Below are positions 13,558 through 27,400 of a stretch of DNA of 64,000 bases, in pieces. Position numbers and translations under genes: made by a program. Source of the stretch: Camelus ferus (Eukaryota); NCBI RefSeq assembly GCF_009834535.1, contig NC_045697.1:110982001-111046000 (forward strand), written 5' to 3'. Below the pieces are notes generated by a model. The model saw only the letters and a program-made list of their open reading frames with translations, did no database searches and was not told the DNA's origin. The number at the start of each line of letters is the position of its first letter. Within the stretch, counting starts at the first letter, position 1.

Positions 13558-13773
13558 CAGGGCTTCTCGGTCTTGGCACTCCTGACATTTTGGACTGGGT
13601 ACTTCTGCTGTGGGCTGTGGGCTGTCCCGTGCAGCACAGGACACAGCAGCACTTCTGGCCTCTAACTAGACGCCTGTAACAACCCGCCTCCCTGATTGTG
13701 ACAATCAAAAATGTTTCCAGATGTTGCCAAATGTTCCCTAGGGGCAAAGCTGCTCTTTGGTTGAGAATGACTG
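13558..13773 (-). mobile_element. MER20 hAT-Charlie DNA transposon, near full length
   Basis: Termini CAGGGCTTCTC...GAGAATGACTG. Diagnostic internal GTGACAATCAAAAATGTTTCCAGATGTTGCCAAATGTTCCCTAGGGGCAAA. Confidence 0.9.
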
Positions 13774-16700
13774 CCCCAGGTGAACAGTCTCAGAGGAGGT
13801 AATCCTCCTACATTATTTCAAGCAAGTGCCAACAGATTAGCACGTATAGTACACTGGCTTCAAACCAGTACTCTTACATTCAGCACAGAAGCCAGACTCT
13901 GAAATGCTTAATCCTCTTACATTTTTATTAATCCATTTTATTAAAAACAATGATGTTGTCACTTTGTCTATGGCTGCTAATACAACAGCTAGAGCAGGAA
14001 AATGAAAACAAGCTAAAACGTCCAGTCCTAAAGGGACTAACACCCTGAGCATGTTCTAGAGACAATCTTAATGATTTTTATTTTAGTTTTACTTTAAATT
14101 TAATTAACGGTCCCTTCTCAGTATCAAATATAAGAAATCACAAATTCAACGGTCCTACAAAACACAGTCCAAGAAGATAGAAATTTGTGAAAGAGTAAGC
14201 CAATATCCTTCACTTGATTTTAGTAAATATTTTCCAAAAAACCTGCCTTCCTTATGGTAGCAAAAGTTCCTGATTGAGATTTTTTAATATACTTGCTTTT
14301 TTAATGGTTTTAATTCTTAAAGGTAGCTCCAGTAGTTAGACTTCTGCTCTAGAGTCTAAATAAGCAGCATAACATCAAATTCGCATTTCAAAGCTGTAAT
14401 ACCAAGCGTGAATAGTCAATGGCCAGAGCTACTCAGGTTTATTCTGATCAAAGAGCTGGGATTGATTTTAAAAAAGAGAATAACATAATTCTCCATTCAT
14501 CCAGTGCAATGCTGACTTACGGGCAATGAAACCTTATGATGACTTCATAAGCACAGTCCAATACTGCAGTTGCTCAAGCGTACAAACCATGAGGTTCCAA
14601 TGCAGCAAACAACAGAGTGAAACAGCCGAGTTGGCCCGTGCAGCGATCTGGCTGGGAGCGCCCGGGGTCTGGCCTCCAGCTCTTAGCCCTGGCATGGCAC
14701 CCCTGGGTAGCAGCTGTCCACTCTGGCGTAAATATCACCGAAGACAATGCATGGCACAAATGCCAGCTGAGATGTCCAGAACAACAGTAGGAATCTCTAA
14801 ACACCAGGTGATTGCATCACTAGGATTGTGCAAATTGGGCCCCAAGGATACTCAGACTCTCCCTCTGCCTTCTGCTTCTTGAGACAGAGGAGCCTCTATT
14901 TCCCTCCCTGCTTCAGCCTCCCCAGTAGTCTTTCTACCCCCTTAAGAACTTCAGCCAGAGGATAAGAGCAAACTGCCAATCACATTATTTCCAAATTTCA
15001 TTTACTCTGGGGTTTTAATAGAGTCATATTTCTTAAATGCATTTCAAAGGAATATTAGAGCTTTAAGTTTGAAGTTTTTAACCAGAAACCTTTCCCATCC
15101 AGCATGCTATCTCCTCCATAAGGTCTTAAAACTTGAGTTCATATGTTAAAAAATAATTAAATAGACACAGATAAAAAAGATAAGTAGATAGAAAAATCTA
15201 CAGACAGACACACACAGGGCCACAATTTGTTATTTTACTTCTATTGCAACCAATAGGTTTTCAAGTTGTCTGAGAATCTGGGATGCTACTGGGGCTGGCA
15301 GATCACAATTACTATCACCAACTCTCTGGCCCATGATATTCAAAATTTAATCTTTCGTTTAAATTGCATTATTTTCCTACCCCAAAGCCTCAATAAATAA
15401 GATAGGAACAATCCTCATATTTCAGATTGACTTTTCTAGTAATTAGTATTATATGACTCTACTTAAAGTACTTCATATAATACTTTATTGAAAAGTTTGA
15501 AAAGTGACAGATAAAATATTGATAATCTGTTAATTCCAAAAGTCTGTGATTTCTGATTATTGACTAGAGAGTGAAAAAAGGTTTTGCTATGTTTTGGGTC
15601 TTGATAATTTATCAGGCATCATCATGTTTAGAGAAAATTTCTGCTTTTTCCCATTGCCCTGCGGCATGTGATTGTACTATTTATACATATGCAACGGTTC
15701 CTAGGCCCACGGAGGCCCAAATGTTGTCCACTCTCAGCGCCAAGCCACATTTGAAAGGGAAAGTGGCTTACTGCAGTTCTGCTCAGAGAACACACCTTTT
15801 TGTAATTTATTCAAAGACAAGTACAAGTTAATGACATCCCCACCTGAGAGACAGAGGTACATACAGCAGCTCGAAAATCACTCAAATGCAGAAAACCAGG
15901 CACAGGAAGGAATCTCAAGAGACCAGAGGCTGACACTCAGATCTGCTGGCTACCAGATCCTAACCCTCCGAGAAAAGCAGGCTCTGTCTAAAGATCACAG
16001 TCCTAAATTTTCGGTTTATACACACATATAAATTCTGAAAATCATAAGACATTGCTAACAAATAGTCCAAATTATGGAAGTCATGTTCTTTTTTTTTTTT
16101 TAACTTCTTTGTCTTTGTAAATATCGGTCTTTTTATGCAACAGGGAAAAATCGAAAAATCAGCGTGGCACATGAGCCTCCTTTGAGTTGCTGGTGCCTGT
16201 GTATTGATACGTTTGAGGGAAGCACTTCTGAGACGTTCCAGTGTCTAATGAGCACCTGTTAAGTCTGAAGAAGTCATTCTAAACTCTCGGGCTGGGAGAC
16301 CTGACAACAAGGAAGGAGAGGAAGCAGAGAGACACGGGAGGAAAGGCAGGGAAGGAAAACTGTAATTATAAAAAAGAAAGGGAAAAAGAGCAACGAAGAA
16401 AAAGCAACCCCAGTTTTCTGCCTCAGGGTAATTACAGAATGGTAAACAGTGTTCATGCAAATATTGCTCTTTTTAAATCGCTCTTTCAATTGCAGGCTTC
16501 AAAAACAAACAACCAATAATGAAGGATCACAGAAGTATTTGACGCTAATACGTTTAGATAGTTTCAGAACAGTTTATGATGTTTAAAGTACGAATGCCCA
16601 GAGAAATGAATTCCTCACCTCCTGTTACTCATTCATTTTGACTTGTTTCTTCCTCCCAGTGTTCTTGGGGTGCGCTGTCCCCCCGGTTCCAGAGCCCCAG

Positions 16701-19700
16701 TAAGCTGTCCTGAAATCAGCCCTGACAAGCCACAGCAACCCTGGTATAATGAGTTCTCTGTCTTTCCCTTTCATCGACAGCCTTCCAGAACTCATCTCCA
16801 ATGAAAAAATTCATCTTTGACTGCTATCCTGTTTATACTGTTCAGGCTTCGATGTATTTCTTCTCAAACTCTGCTTACTTTCCTTTTTGTGCATTACTTT
16901 TATGTTTCTGTCCTTCTTTGAGTTTTCATTCTAAACACGTAGTATGATTCAATAATTTTTTCTTTAATTGTAAATGGTAGTGACAGATACAGCTAAAGAG
17001 TTTCAAGCCACGGAACTGTGTCAGTTGAAGCACGGTTGTACACACCTGTCAGCACTGCCTGCGGTTTTATCACTCACTAGGGCCAAAGACTACTCTTCTT
17101 TCTCTGGTCCACAGCTGACAGCTTCACCTTGTCCTACTTCAAAGCACCAAGGGAAGGGTGCCCAAACGCTTTCTACAAAACCTGCCAGGATGTCTATGTG
17201 ATGTGATACCTACAAAGGGTCCACAGGGCATAACACTTAAGGTCAGGGGACAAGCAGGAAAGTCTTACCAACCTTGGGAGTAGGGGAGGAAAGAGAAAAC
17301 AGAGTGGAGAAAGAGAGGGGAGCAAATGGAAAAGTTAGGGAGAAGGCAGGGGAGAGACAGAAGGGAGGGCTGACAAAGACGGTCTGATTCCAGGATGTGC
17401 CAATATGCCACAACTAAAGCTGCTTTTCATAAATATTTCAGTATTGTGTTGTTATTCTATGTATTTCAGCCCACATAATATTAATTCCTATGTTTCTTAC
17501 TCATTTTTTTTAATAAAAGTTTTGTAAGGAAGACAACCTTCTCTAAAGTTGTTGGATAAAGTACCTAGATTATTTTAAATATTTTGTTCTAAATCTTACA
17601 CCCAAAAGGTTAACAATTTTTTTACAGTCTGTTACAGTTAACAAAGTACTTTTACATATTTAATCTCATTTGGTCCTCACAACAACCTAGTGGGGGAGAC
17701 AGCGCAAGGAATCAGATCTGAAGCTCAGAGAACTTAAATGACTCTCTATTAAGTTGATTACAGGGAACCCTACAATATCCGGGGGCTTCGTGCTCTGTAT
17801 ACCATGCTCTTTCCAGTTCTCACCATTTTAATATGTTATGGAGTGGATTCAATTAAAGAAAATACCAATACGTGAAACATTAATTTATATGATATCAGTT
17901 CAAAATTTGTTTACCAGAGTTAGATACATGCCATTAGATAGAAAAACAGAAACCAGTTTGAATCTTTACTTACTGTGGAACTTTGTTGTCCCTTCTATAT
18001 AATGAAGTATTATAATTTTATTCAAGAGAACTAGGTTCAGCTGTACAAGAGAGATCACCTTCTCCTGATCTGCAAACACCATAACCTTATAACTTACAAA
18101 TAGTTAGAAAAAACTATTTGAAAGGAGATTTAGATCCCCAGGATTCGATGAGAATCAAACTTGATGGTATTATAATATTTTCTATTATTTCATCACTTTC
18201 TCCTCTTAATCTCTGTTGTTAACAAAACTCTATCTTAATAAAAGCAAATATAATGACTTCACTGTTTTGCCCTAAAGGAAAAATCCAAACCTCGTCCCCT
18301 GTAATTTATCACAAAGGAACGTTATTTCTACTGTTTGTATTATCCATTTGCACACATCTGATACAATTTACTGAGTTTTCTGATACAATTTACTGAGTTG
18401 TTCTCTTTGGGAATTCCTACATGGTTGGCAATTCATGAAGTAACATCATTGAAAAGAAATAAATCTGTACTGAACAACAATGCTCAACAAAAATGCTCAA
18501 ATTATAGCAAAATTGAAACTATTCTCAAATATAAAAATTCTGCAGCTTTGCCCACTTACGCATTTCTAAGTACATTTATGTTCAGCTTTAAAGTTCACGA
18601 AAACTTTAAATTAGACTTTCTACGTTTTCTCTAAACTTTATTGATGAAAATTTTCAAACAAACTCCAATTTCCTTAAAGTAATCCTAGGAAAACAACAAA
18701 TTGAACATTTTATATCTTTGTACTATGCTTGTCACCAGAGATACATAAGTATTAATACTTGAGAAACATTTCCATAGATTTATTTGAGGTCAATGGCAAG
18801 ATTGGGGGTGACATTAACCACACACGGGCTATAACCTTTTATATGGCTGACTTCATACAGACCTCAATCAGTGAAGGAATTTAGCTGCCCCAATTAGGAA
18901 GTCACTTACATTGACACTGACCTCCCATCATGAGAAGTCCAGGTGCTTCTTCTTGAACTTCAAGGGCTCGGGCAGCCCAGGCATTGCCCCAACACTGCTT
19001 AGAGCAGTGGTCAGTCTGGAAGTAAAGAAGCACAGTAGTATCCCAGAGTGAGTGTTTTAGACAATGCCTTCGAGAGGCACCATGACTGCATCCATGTTTG
19101 GCCACATGTCATTTGAGACTATAACATTATACCACCACAGTGAGATAGGATGATGAACACCTAGAATAAATTGTATTTTTCCAAAGGATATATCATAAAA
19201 GGTTTATAAACACATTTTCCCATATTGCCATTCATTTGGAAATTAGCTTTAATGGCATGACAATATTATAACTCCATATTTAAAAGAATTCTGGAACACT
19301 GAGAAAGCCAATGAACTGTAGATAGTATATGAATCATATTATTGTCTATAAATTGGTACAAAATCATAAGAATTAATATAAAACATGTAAAATTACTTTA
19401 AATGATCTTTAATGACAATATATGTTTTTTATTCTACCATCTTTAAACTTTAATTATATCCCATAATTAAAACTAGCCTATTACACATGTATTACATTAT
19501 TACTGAATAAAATCAAATATAATAAATATGTAGCATAAAATTTAGAGTCACAAACTAAAAACACACTGTATTTTCTCCTGGCCACAGATTTAGGGAACAG
19601 CTTGGCCAGTCCAATTCAGGAATAGGGGCTAGGCCAACATCTTCACTCACTCCCCAGTGCTTCACAAAATACAGATGTACAATACCTCTGAGACTCATCC

Positions 19701-19954
19701 ATCGAAACAAGAGCTGACTACACATGGTAGGTCTATCCCAAGGTTTCTGGGGACCACAACCTCATTAAGAAAAACACAATCAGGAGTAACCAAAGGAGAG
19801 CAGTGTGGGAGGGTAGAAAAAGCACTGGTTTAAAAGGAGACCAAGATTCTTTCCCAATTCTGAAGGCAAATATCTCTATGACTTCACTAAAATCTAGAGC
19901 ATTTTTGTTTCCTTCCTAAATGTTGCCAAAAAACAAAAAAAACAAAAACAAAAA

Positions 19955-20095
19955 CAGATGGATGATTCTGACATTGACATCATGGTAGAATCACCAGGGG
20001 AGCTTTTGATAACTAGGACTGTTCAAGCACTATTTACAGAGATTCTACTTTAATGCATCTGGAGTCTGGCAATAGTAATTTTTAACATCCCTCAA
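19955..20095. mobile_element. MER5-like DNA transposon remnant
   Basis: TAGAATCACCAGGGGAGCTTTT...CAGAGATTCTACTTTAAT...ATTTTTAACATCCCTC. Confidence 0.55.
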
Positions 20096-21744
20096 AATAA
20101 GGATCAAAGCTTACAAATTTAGAATTCCAGATGATCTCAAAACTTCCTCCCCACCCTCCAAATTTTATGATTCTATACCATACCATAAGCTTATCTGTCA
20201 CCTTGAAAACTGTGAAACATCACAAGATTAAAGAATTTGAAATGAAACACCAAAAAAGAATTACAAAACTAGTGAACTATAGTAAATAGAACTGACATTT
20301 GTTTCTCCTTCAAATGATGCACTATTATATGTATATGTATGCTAGAGTGAATAACATATATTTAATATTTTAGAAGAAAATACACTTATTTTATTTATTT
20401 ATATATTCCAGCTAACATTTTCACTAGTCTGAAATGGCGCCTACTGTAATTAAGAATACCTTAATCCATTTAATATGAAAAAGTAGCATCTTTACAATGC
20501 GATCTTTTAAAGTTACATTAATGACTGACATTTCAATTTCCCACTCTTTAAAATTCTACATTCCTTATATTTTGAGTTGCACAATCAACGATTCTACAAT
20601 TCTTACATTTTGAAATTTTAGGGAGAAAACTAGAAAGCAGTAATCAACACCAAAATCTGAGAAAGCAGAAAGAGTCTTTTAAAGGACAGTGATGTTAGGG
20701 AATAAATAAACCCGGTTTTAATGTACTTTATAGATGATTCAGGCTTCCGCGTAAGAAGTTATAAGGATTATAGTGTGCATATTTTATTGACAGGACAAGA
20801 GAAGATGTAAATCTTATAAATATTCAGAAGCGCAATCCCTTATTAAGATGAACACAAGCTATAAGTAAAATGTCAAATAAATAAAACAAGATATAAACAT
20901 GAAATGTTAAAAACAAGTCATTCACCAGGTTACCACGAGTGACAGTTGTAATAACGGATTTTATTAAATACTGTGATATATATGGTGTGATGATTATCCT
21001 TATTTTATACCCAAAGAAAAAGGCTTAGAGAATTTGAGTAACTTTTCTAAGATCGCACACTCAGAAATGTCACAACCAGAATTAAACCTAAGGTAGTCTT
21101 AACTTTAGCGATTCTTACCCTCTAAGTGTTCAAGCAGAGAATAAGAGTAAAGGAGAATCATTTTTAGGTAGTCCTTCATTATGACTTATACCTTCAAACA
21201 CCAGAAGCAAAGCCATTTTTTTCCCCCAAAAAAAGACTTCAGGAGAATCTACATAAAGTTCATGGACCTTTTCTAAAGAAATTGCCTTCATGTCTATACT
21301 TTCAAAGGAATACATTGATCAAAAAATGCCATTTCCATTCATCTGTATGTGAATGGAAAACAAAATGGAAAGTTGGCCCAGAAATACCATAGAATATATA
21401 AATTCATGATTGATTCTAATGCACTAAACTAAAAGAAGTAAAAAAACTGCCTCAATGCTACTAGCACAAAAAATAAAAACAAGGGAAAAATGGTACTCTA
21501 CTGAAATTATGAGTTTCAATAATCTCATCAAATGCCCTTTTTTCACCTTTGATTAACATCCATGATTCTTCTGATATTTATGTAAAGCAATCTTGGGGCA
21601 AATTGCTCAAATTTGAAGCAGTGGAACCAGTTCTTTGAGGATTTTTTTTTGGTTCTAATTGACGCTATGACAATGACTTAAATTTATTCGCCCTGAATCT
21701 CACTTTCCTTATTTAAAAACTGAGATAGCTGGACTATATTGGTG

Positions 21745-22085
21745 AGTTTTCTCCCAAATAATTTACTGAGAAAATTTTAAATGTACAACAAAATTGAAAG
21801 AAGCATACCTAATAATCCATATATCCTCCATCTATATTCTACCATTAACATGCTACTACATTTGCTTCATTGTACATCCACCCATCAATCCAGCTTATTT
21901 TTGGTGTATTTCTAACTAAATCACAGGCATTAGAATCTCTCCCCTTAAATACTTCAGCATGGTTTAATTGAGATCAATAATTATTTGCAGTTTTTTACAT
22001 AAAATCCAAATATAATAAAACACACAAATCTTAAGTATCTATCCACTTAGTTTTAATAAATGCATGCATCCAAACTCCTACCAAG
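21745..22085 (-). mobile_element. Ancient L1ME-type 3' end
   Basis: GAAAATTTTAAATGTACAACAAAATTGAAAGAA...CCATTAACAT...CATTTGCTT pattern typical of reverse-strand L1ME ends. Confidence 0.55.
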
Positions 22086-22091
22086 TTATGA

Positions 22092-24348
22092 AATATCCTC
22101 AAACTATTCCAAAAGTTTGAAGAAGATGGAACACTTCCAAATTTATTCTGTGAGGCCACCAATACCATCATATCAAAACCAGAAAAAGACACTAAAAAAA
22201 AAAAAAAAAAAAGGAAAGGAAGAAAATTACAGGCCAATATCTTTGATGAATACAGGTGCAAAAATCCTCAACAAAGTATTAGAAAACTGAATCCAACAAC
22301 ACATAAAAAGGATCATACACCATGATCAAGTGGGATTTATTCCAAGGATGCAAGAATGGTTCAGTATTAACAAACCAATTAATGGGATACACCACATTAA
22401 CAAGAGATAGGATAAAAATCACATGATCATCTCAATAGACACAGAAAAAACATCTGATAAAATTCAACATCCATGATGAAAAAAAAAAAAAACAACTCAT
22501 ATCAAAGTAGAAATAGAGGGCCCATATCTCAACACAATAAAGGTCATTTGTGATAAAGTCACAGCTAACATAATACTCAATGGTAAAAAGCTGAAAGTCT
22601 TTCCTTCAAAGTCAGGATCAAGACAAGGATGCCTACTCTCTCCACTTCTATTTAACATAGTCTTAGAAGTCCCAGCTACAGCAATCAGAAAAGAAGAAAT
22701 AAAAAGCATCCAAATTAGAAGGAAAGAAGTAAAGCTTTCACTATTTGCAGATGACATGATTGTTTAAGTAGAAAACTCTAAAGTCTCCACCAAAAATCTA
22801 CTAGAACTACTAAATGGATTCAGTACTGTTATAGAATACAAGATTAATATATAGAAATCTGTTGCTTTCCTATACACTAATAATGAACTACCAGAAAGAG
22901 GAAGTAAAAATAAAATCCCATTTAAAATTGCATCAAAAAGAGTAAAATACCTAGAAATAAACCTAACCAATGAGTTAAAAGACCTATATTCTGAAAACTA
23001 TAAAACACTGATGAAAGAAATTGAAGATGATATAAAGAAATGGAAAGATATTCTATGCTTTTGGATTGGAAGAATTAATATTTTTTTAAATGACCGTACT
23101 TACCCAAAGCAATCAACAGATTTAATGAAATCTCTATCAAAATACACATGACATTTTTCATAGAAATAGTACAAGTAATCCTAAAAGAACAACAAAAGAC
23201 CCTGAACTATCAAAGAAACCTTGAGAAAAAAGAGCAAAGCTGGAGGTATAACCCTCCCAGACTTCAGGCTGTAATACAAAGCTATAGTAATCAAAGAAGT
23301 ATTGTGTTGGCACAAAGCAGACACAGATCAATGGAACAGAACAGAGAGGTCAAAAATAAATTCACACAGTTATGGTCAATTATCTACAACAAAGGAGGCA
23401 AGACTATTCAATGGAGAAAAGACAGTCTCTTCAATAAGTTGTGCTGGAAAAACTGGACAGCTACATGTATAGGAATGAAATTAGAATATTTCCTCATATC
23501 ATAGGCAAATAAAACCCTGCAAAATGGATTACACTCCTAAATGAAGACCTGAAACCATAAAACTCCTAGAAGAAAATACAGGCAGAACAGTCTTTGACAT
23601 AAATCATAGCAATATTTTTTGGATCAGTCTCCTAAGGGAAAAGATACAAATGTAAAAATAAACAAAAGGAACCTAGTTAAAAAGCATTTGCACAGCAAAG
23701 GAAACCATCAACAAAATGAAAAGACAACCTACTGAATGGAAGAAAATATTTGCAGATGATATGTCTGATAAAGGGTTAATATTCAAAATATATAGACAGT
23801 GTCTACAACTCAATATCAAACATTATTTCCAATAGCCAAGACATGGAAACAACCTAAGAATCCATCAGCAAATGAATAGATAGGAAAATGTGCCATATAT
23901 ATATATAATGGAAAATTACTCAGCCATAAAAAGAATAAAATTCTGCCACTTGCAATAATGTGGATGGACCTAGAGAGTATTTTGCTTAGTGAAATAAGTC
24001 AGACAGAGAAAGACAAATACTCTATGTTAGCACTTTTATGTGAAATCTAAAAAATAAAACAAAGAAATGTATGTAACAAAACAGAAACGGACTCACAAAC
24101 ATAGAAAATAAACTAGTGATTAACAGCAGGGAAAAGGAAGATAGAGGGCAAAATAAGGGTAGGGGATCAAGAGGTACAAGCTATTATATATAAAATAAAT
24201 GAGCAATAGCAATATACTGTACATCACATGAAAATATAGCCATTATTTTTAATAACTTTAAATGGAGCATAAGCTATAAAAATGTTGAATCACTATTTGT
24301 ACACATGAAACTAATATAATATTGTAAATCAACTATATGCAAAAAAAA
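22092..24348 (+). mobile_element. 5'-truncated L1 (ORF2 RT to 3' UTR/poly-A), degraded, with internal deletion at ~23820
   Basis: ORF2 motifs ENYRPISLMN, G(T/S)[16 protein letters not shown] and LFADDM (~22741-22758). Many stops and frameshifts. A-tail at ~24341-24348. Confidence 0.93.
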
Positions 24349-24452
24349 TTATATATCTAAACTACTAAACTAGTGAGTTTTAAGTTTGTCTTCTAGATAA
24401 CATAAGCCAAGATGTGAAACAGGTTAGAGTGGCTCTAATAGAAGTAAAAGAG

Positions 24453-27400
24453 TGGGGGGCAGAGCCAAGATGGCAGAATAGAGAGACTCACAGCTTGCCA
24501 CATATACACCAAGAATTACATCTACAAACCCATCAGATCACACAGAACATCTACTGAACTCTGGCAGAGTGTCTCTCATTTCAAAATACAGGAGGATTCT
24601 TACAAAATCCAGTAAGAAAAACAGGTAATTAAAAAAAAAGTTCTAATTGAAACGTTCATAGCAATTAGGCCTTCCTCAAAAAAGAAGAACAACCTCAAAT
24701 AAACAACCTAAACTACCACCTAAAATAATTAGAAAAAGAACAAACAAAACCCAAAGTCAGCAGAAGGAAAGAAATAATAAAGATCAAGGAGGAAATAAAT
24801 AAAACACAGATTAAAAAAAATAGGAAAAAATCAATCAAACCAAGAGCTGTTTTTTTGAAAGAGTAAACAAAATTGACAAAAATCTGGCCAGGTTCAACAA
24901 GACGAAAAGAGACAGCACACAAATAAACAAAATAAGAAATGAAAATGTAGAGATTACAACCAACACCATAGAAATACCAAAGATCAAGAGAATACTATGA
25001 ATAACTATATGACAATAAATTGGACAACTTAGAAGAAATGGATAAGTTTCTAGAAACATATCATCCACCAAAGCTGAATCAAGAAGAAATAGATCTCTTG
25101 AACAGACAAATCATTAGAAGTGAAATAGAATCAGCAATAAACAAAACCTCCCTGCAAACAAAAGTCCAGGACTAGAAGGCTTCACTGAGGAATTCTATCA
25201 AACATACAAAGAAGAGTTCATACCAGTCCTTCTCAAACTCTTCCAAAAGATTGAAGAGGAGGGAATACTCCAAAACTCATTCTATGAAGCCACCATCACC
25301 CTGATACCAAAGCCAAAGACACTAGCAAAAAAAGAAAGCTAGAGGTCAATACTGTTGATAAACATAGATGCAAAAATCCTCAAAAAACATTAGCAAACAA
25401 AATCCAACAACACACCAAAAAAGTTCACACACCATGATCAAGTTTGATTCATTCCAGGGACACAAGGGTGCTTCAACATATGCAAATCAATCAATGTGAT
25501 ACACATCAACAAGAGAAAGGACAAATATCAAATGATCATCTCAATAAATGCAGAAAAAAGCATTTGATAAAATTCAACATTCATTTATGATAAAAACTCT
25601 TACCAAAGTGGTATAGAGAGGCATATCTCAACATAATAAAAGCTATTTATGATAAACCTACAGGCAACATACTGCTCAACAGTGAAAAGCTGAAAGCCTT
25701 TCCACTAAAATCTGGAACAAGACAAGGATCCCCACTCTCACCACTTCTACTCAATATAGTATTGGAAATCCTAGCCATAGCAATTAGACAAGAAAAAGAA
25801 ATAAAAGGGATCCAAATTGGAAGAGAAGAGGTAAAGTTGTCATTATATGCAGATGACGTGACACTATGTGCAAAAAACCCTAAAGGCTTCAAACAAAAAC
25901 TACTAGGGCTGATAAAAGAATCTGACAAGATAGCAGGATACAAGATTAACATACAGAAATTATTGGCATTTCTTTACACTAACAAGGAAATATCAGAAAA
26001 GGAAAGTAAAGAAACAGTCCCTTTTAAAATTGCAACCAGAAAAATAAAATACTTAGGAATAAATCAGACCAAGGAAGTGAAAGACTTACATGAGGAGAAC
26101 CACAAAACATTCACTAAGGAAATTAAAGATGAATTAAACAAATAGAAAGATATCTCATATTCTTGGACTGGAAGAATTAATATTGTTAAACTGGCCATAT
26201 TACCCAAAGCAATCTACAGATCTAATGTGCTCCCTATCAAATTATCCATGACATTTTTCACAGAACTAGAACAAATAATCCTAAAATTTATATGGAATCA
26301 CAAAAGACCCAGAATTGCCAAAGCATTACTGAAGAAAAAAAATGAAGCTGGAGGAATAACCCTCCCAGACTTCAGACAATACTACAGAGCTACAGTAATA
26401 AAAACAGCATGGTACTGGTACAAAACAGACATACAGACCAATGGAAAAGAACAGAGAAACCAGAAATAAACCCACAGCTTTTGGTCAATTAATCTTTGTC
26501 AAAGGAGGCAAGACCATACAATGGAGTAAAGACAGTTTCTTCAGCAAATGGTATTGGGAAAACTGAACAACTGCTTGTAAATCAATAAAGTTAGAATACT
26601 CCCTCACACCATACACAAAAATAAACTCAAAATGGCTTAAAGACTTAAACATAAGACAAGACATTATAAACCTCTTAGAAGAAAACATAGGCAAAACATT
26701 ATCCAACATACACCTCAGCAATGTTCTCCTAGTGCAGTCTACCCAGGCAATAGAAATAAAAGCAAGAATAAACAAATGGTACCTAATTGAACTTACAAGC
26801 TTTTGCACAGCAAAGGAAACCATAAGCAAAACAAAAAAACAACCTACAGAATGGGAGAAAATATTTGCAAAAGATGAGACTGACAATGGCTTAATCTCCA
26901 GAATATATATACAGTTCATACAATCTGATAACAAAAGAAATAAACCCAATCCTAAAATGGACAGAAGACCTAAACAATCAATTCCCCAATGAAGACATAC
27001 AAATGGCCAATAGACACATGAAAAAATGCTCAGTATTGCTAATTATCAGAGAAATGCAAATCAAAACTACAATGAGGCATCACTTCACACCAGTCAGAAT
27101 GGCCATCATTCAAAAGTCCACAAACAATAAATACTGGAGAGACTGTGGAGAAAAGGGAACCTCCTATGCTGCTGGTGAGAATGTAGTTTGGTGCAGCCAT
27201 TACAGAAAACAATATGGCGATTCCTCAAAAAACTAAACATAGACTTACCATATGATCCAGCAATCCTACTCCTGGGTATATATCCAGAGGGAACTTTAAT
27301 TCAAAAAGATACTTGCACCCCAATGTTCATAGCAGCACTGTTTACAATAGCCAAGACATGGAAACAACCTAAATGTCCATCAACTGATGACTAGATAAAG

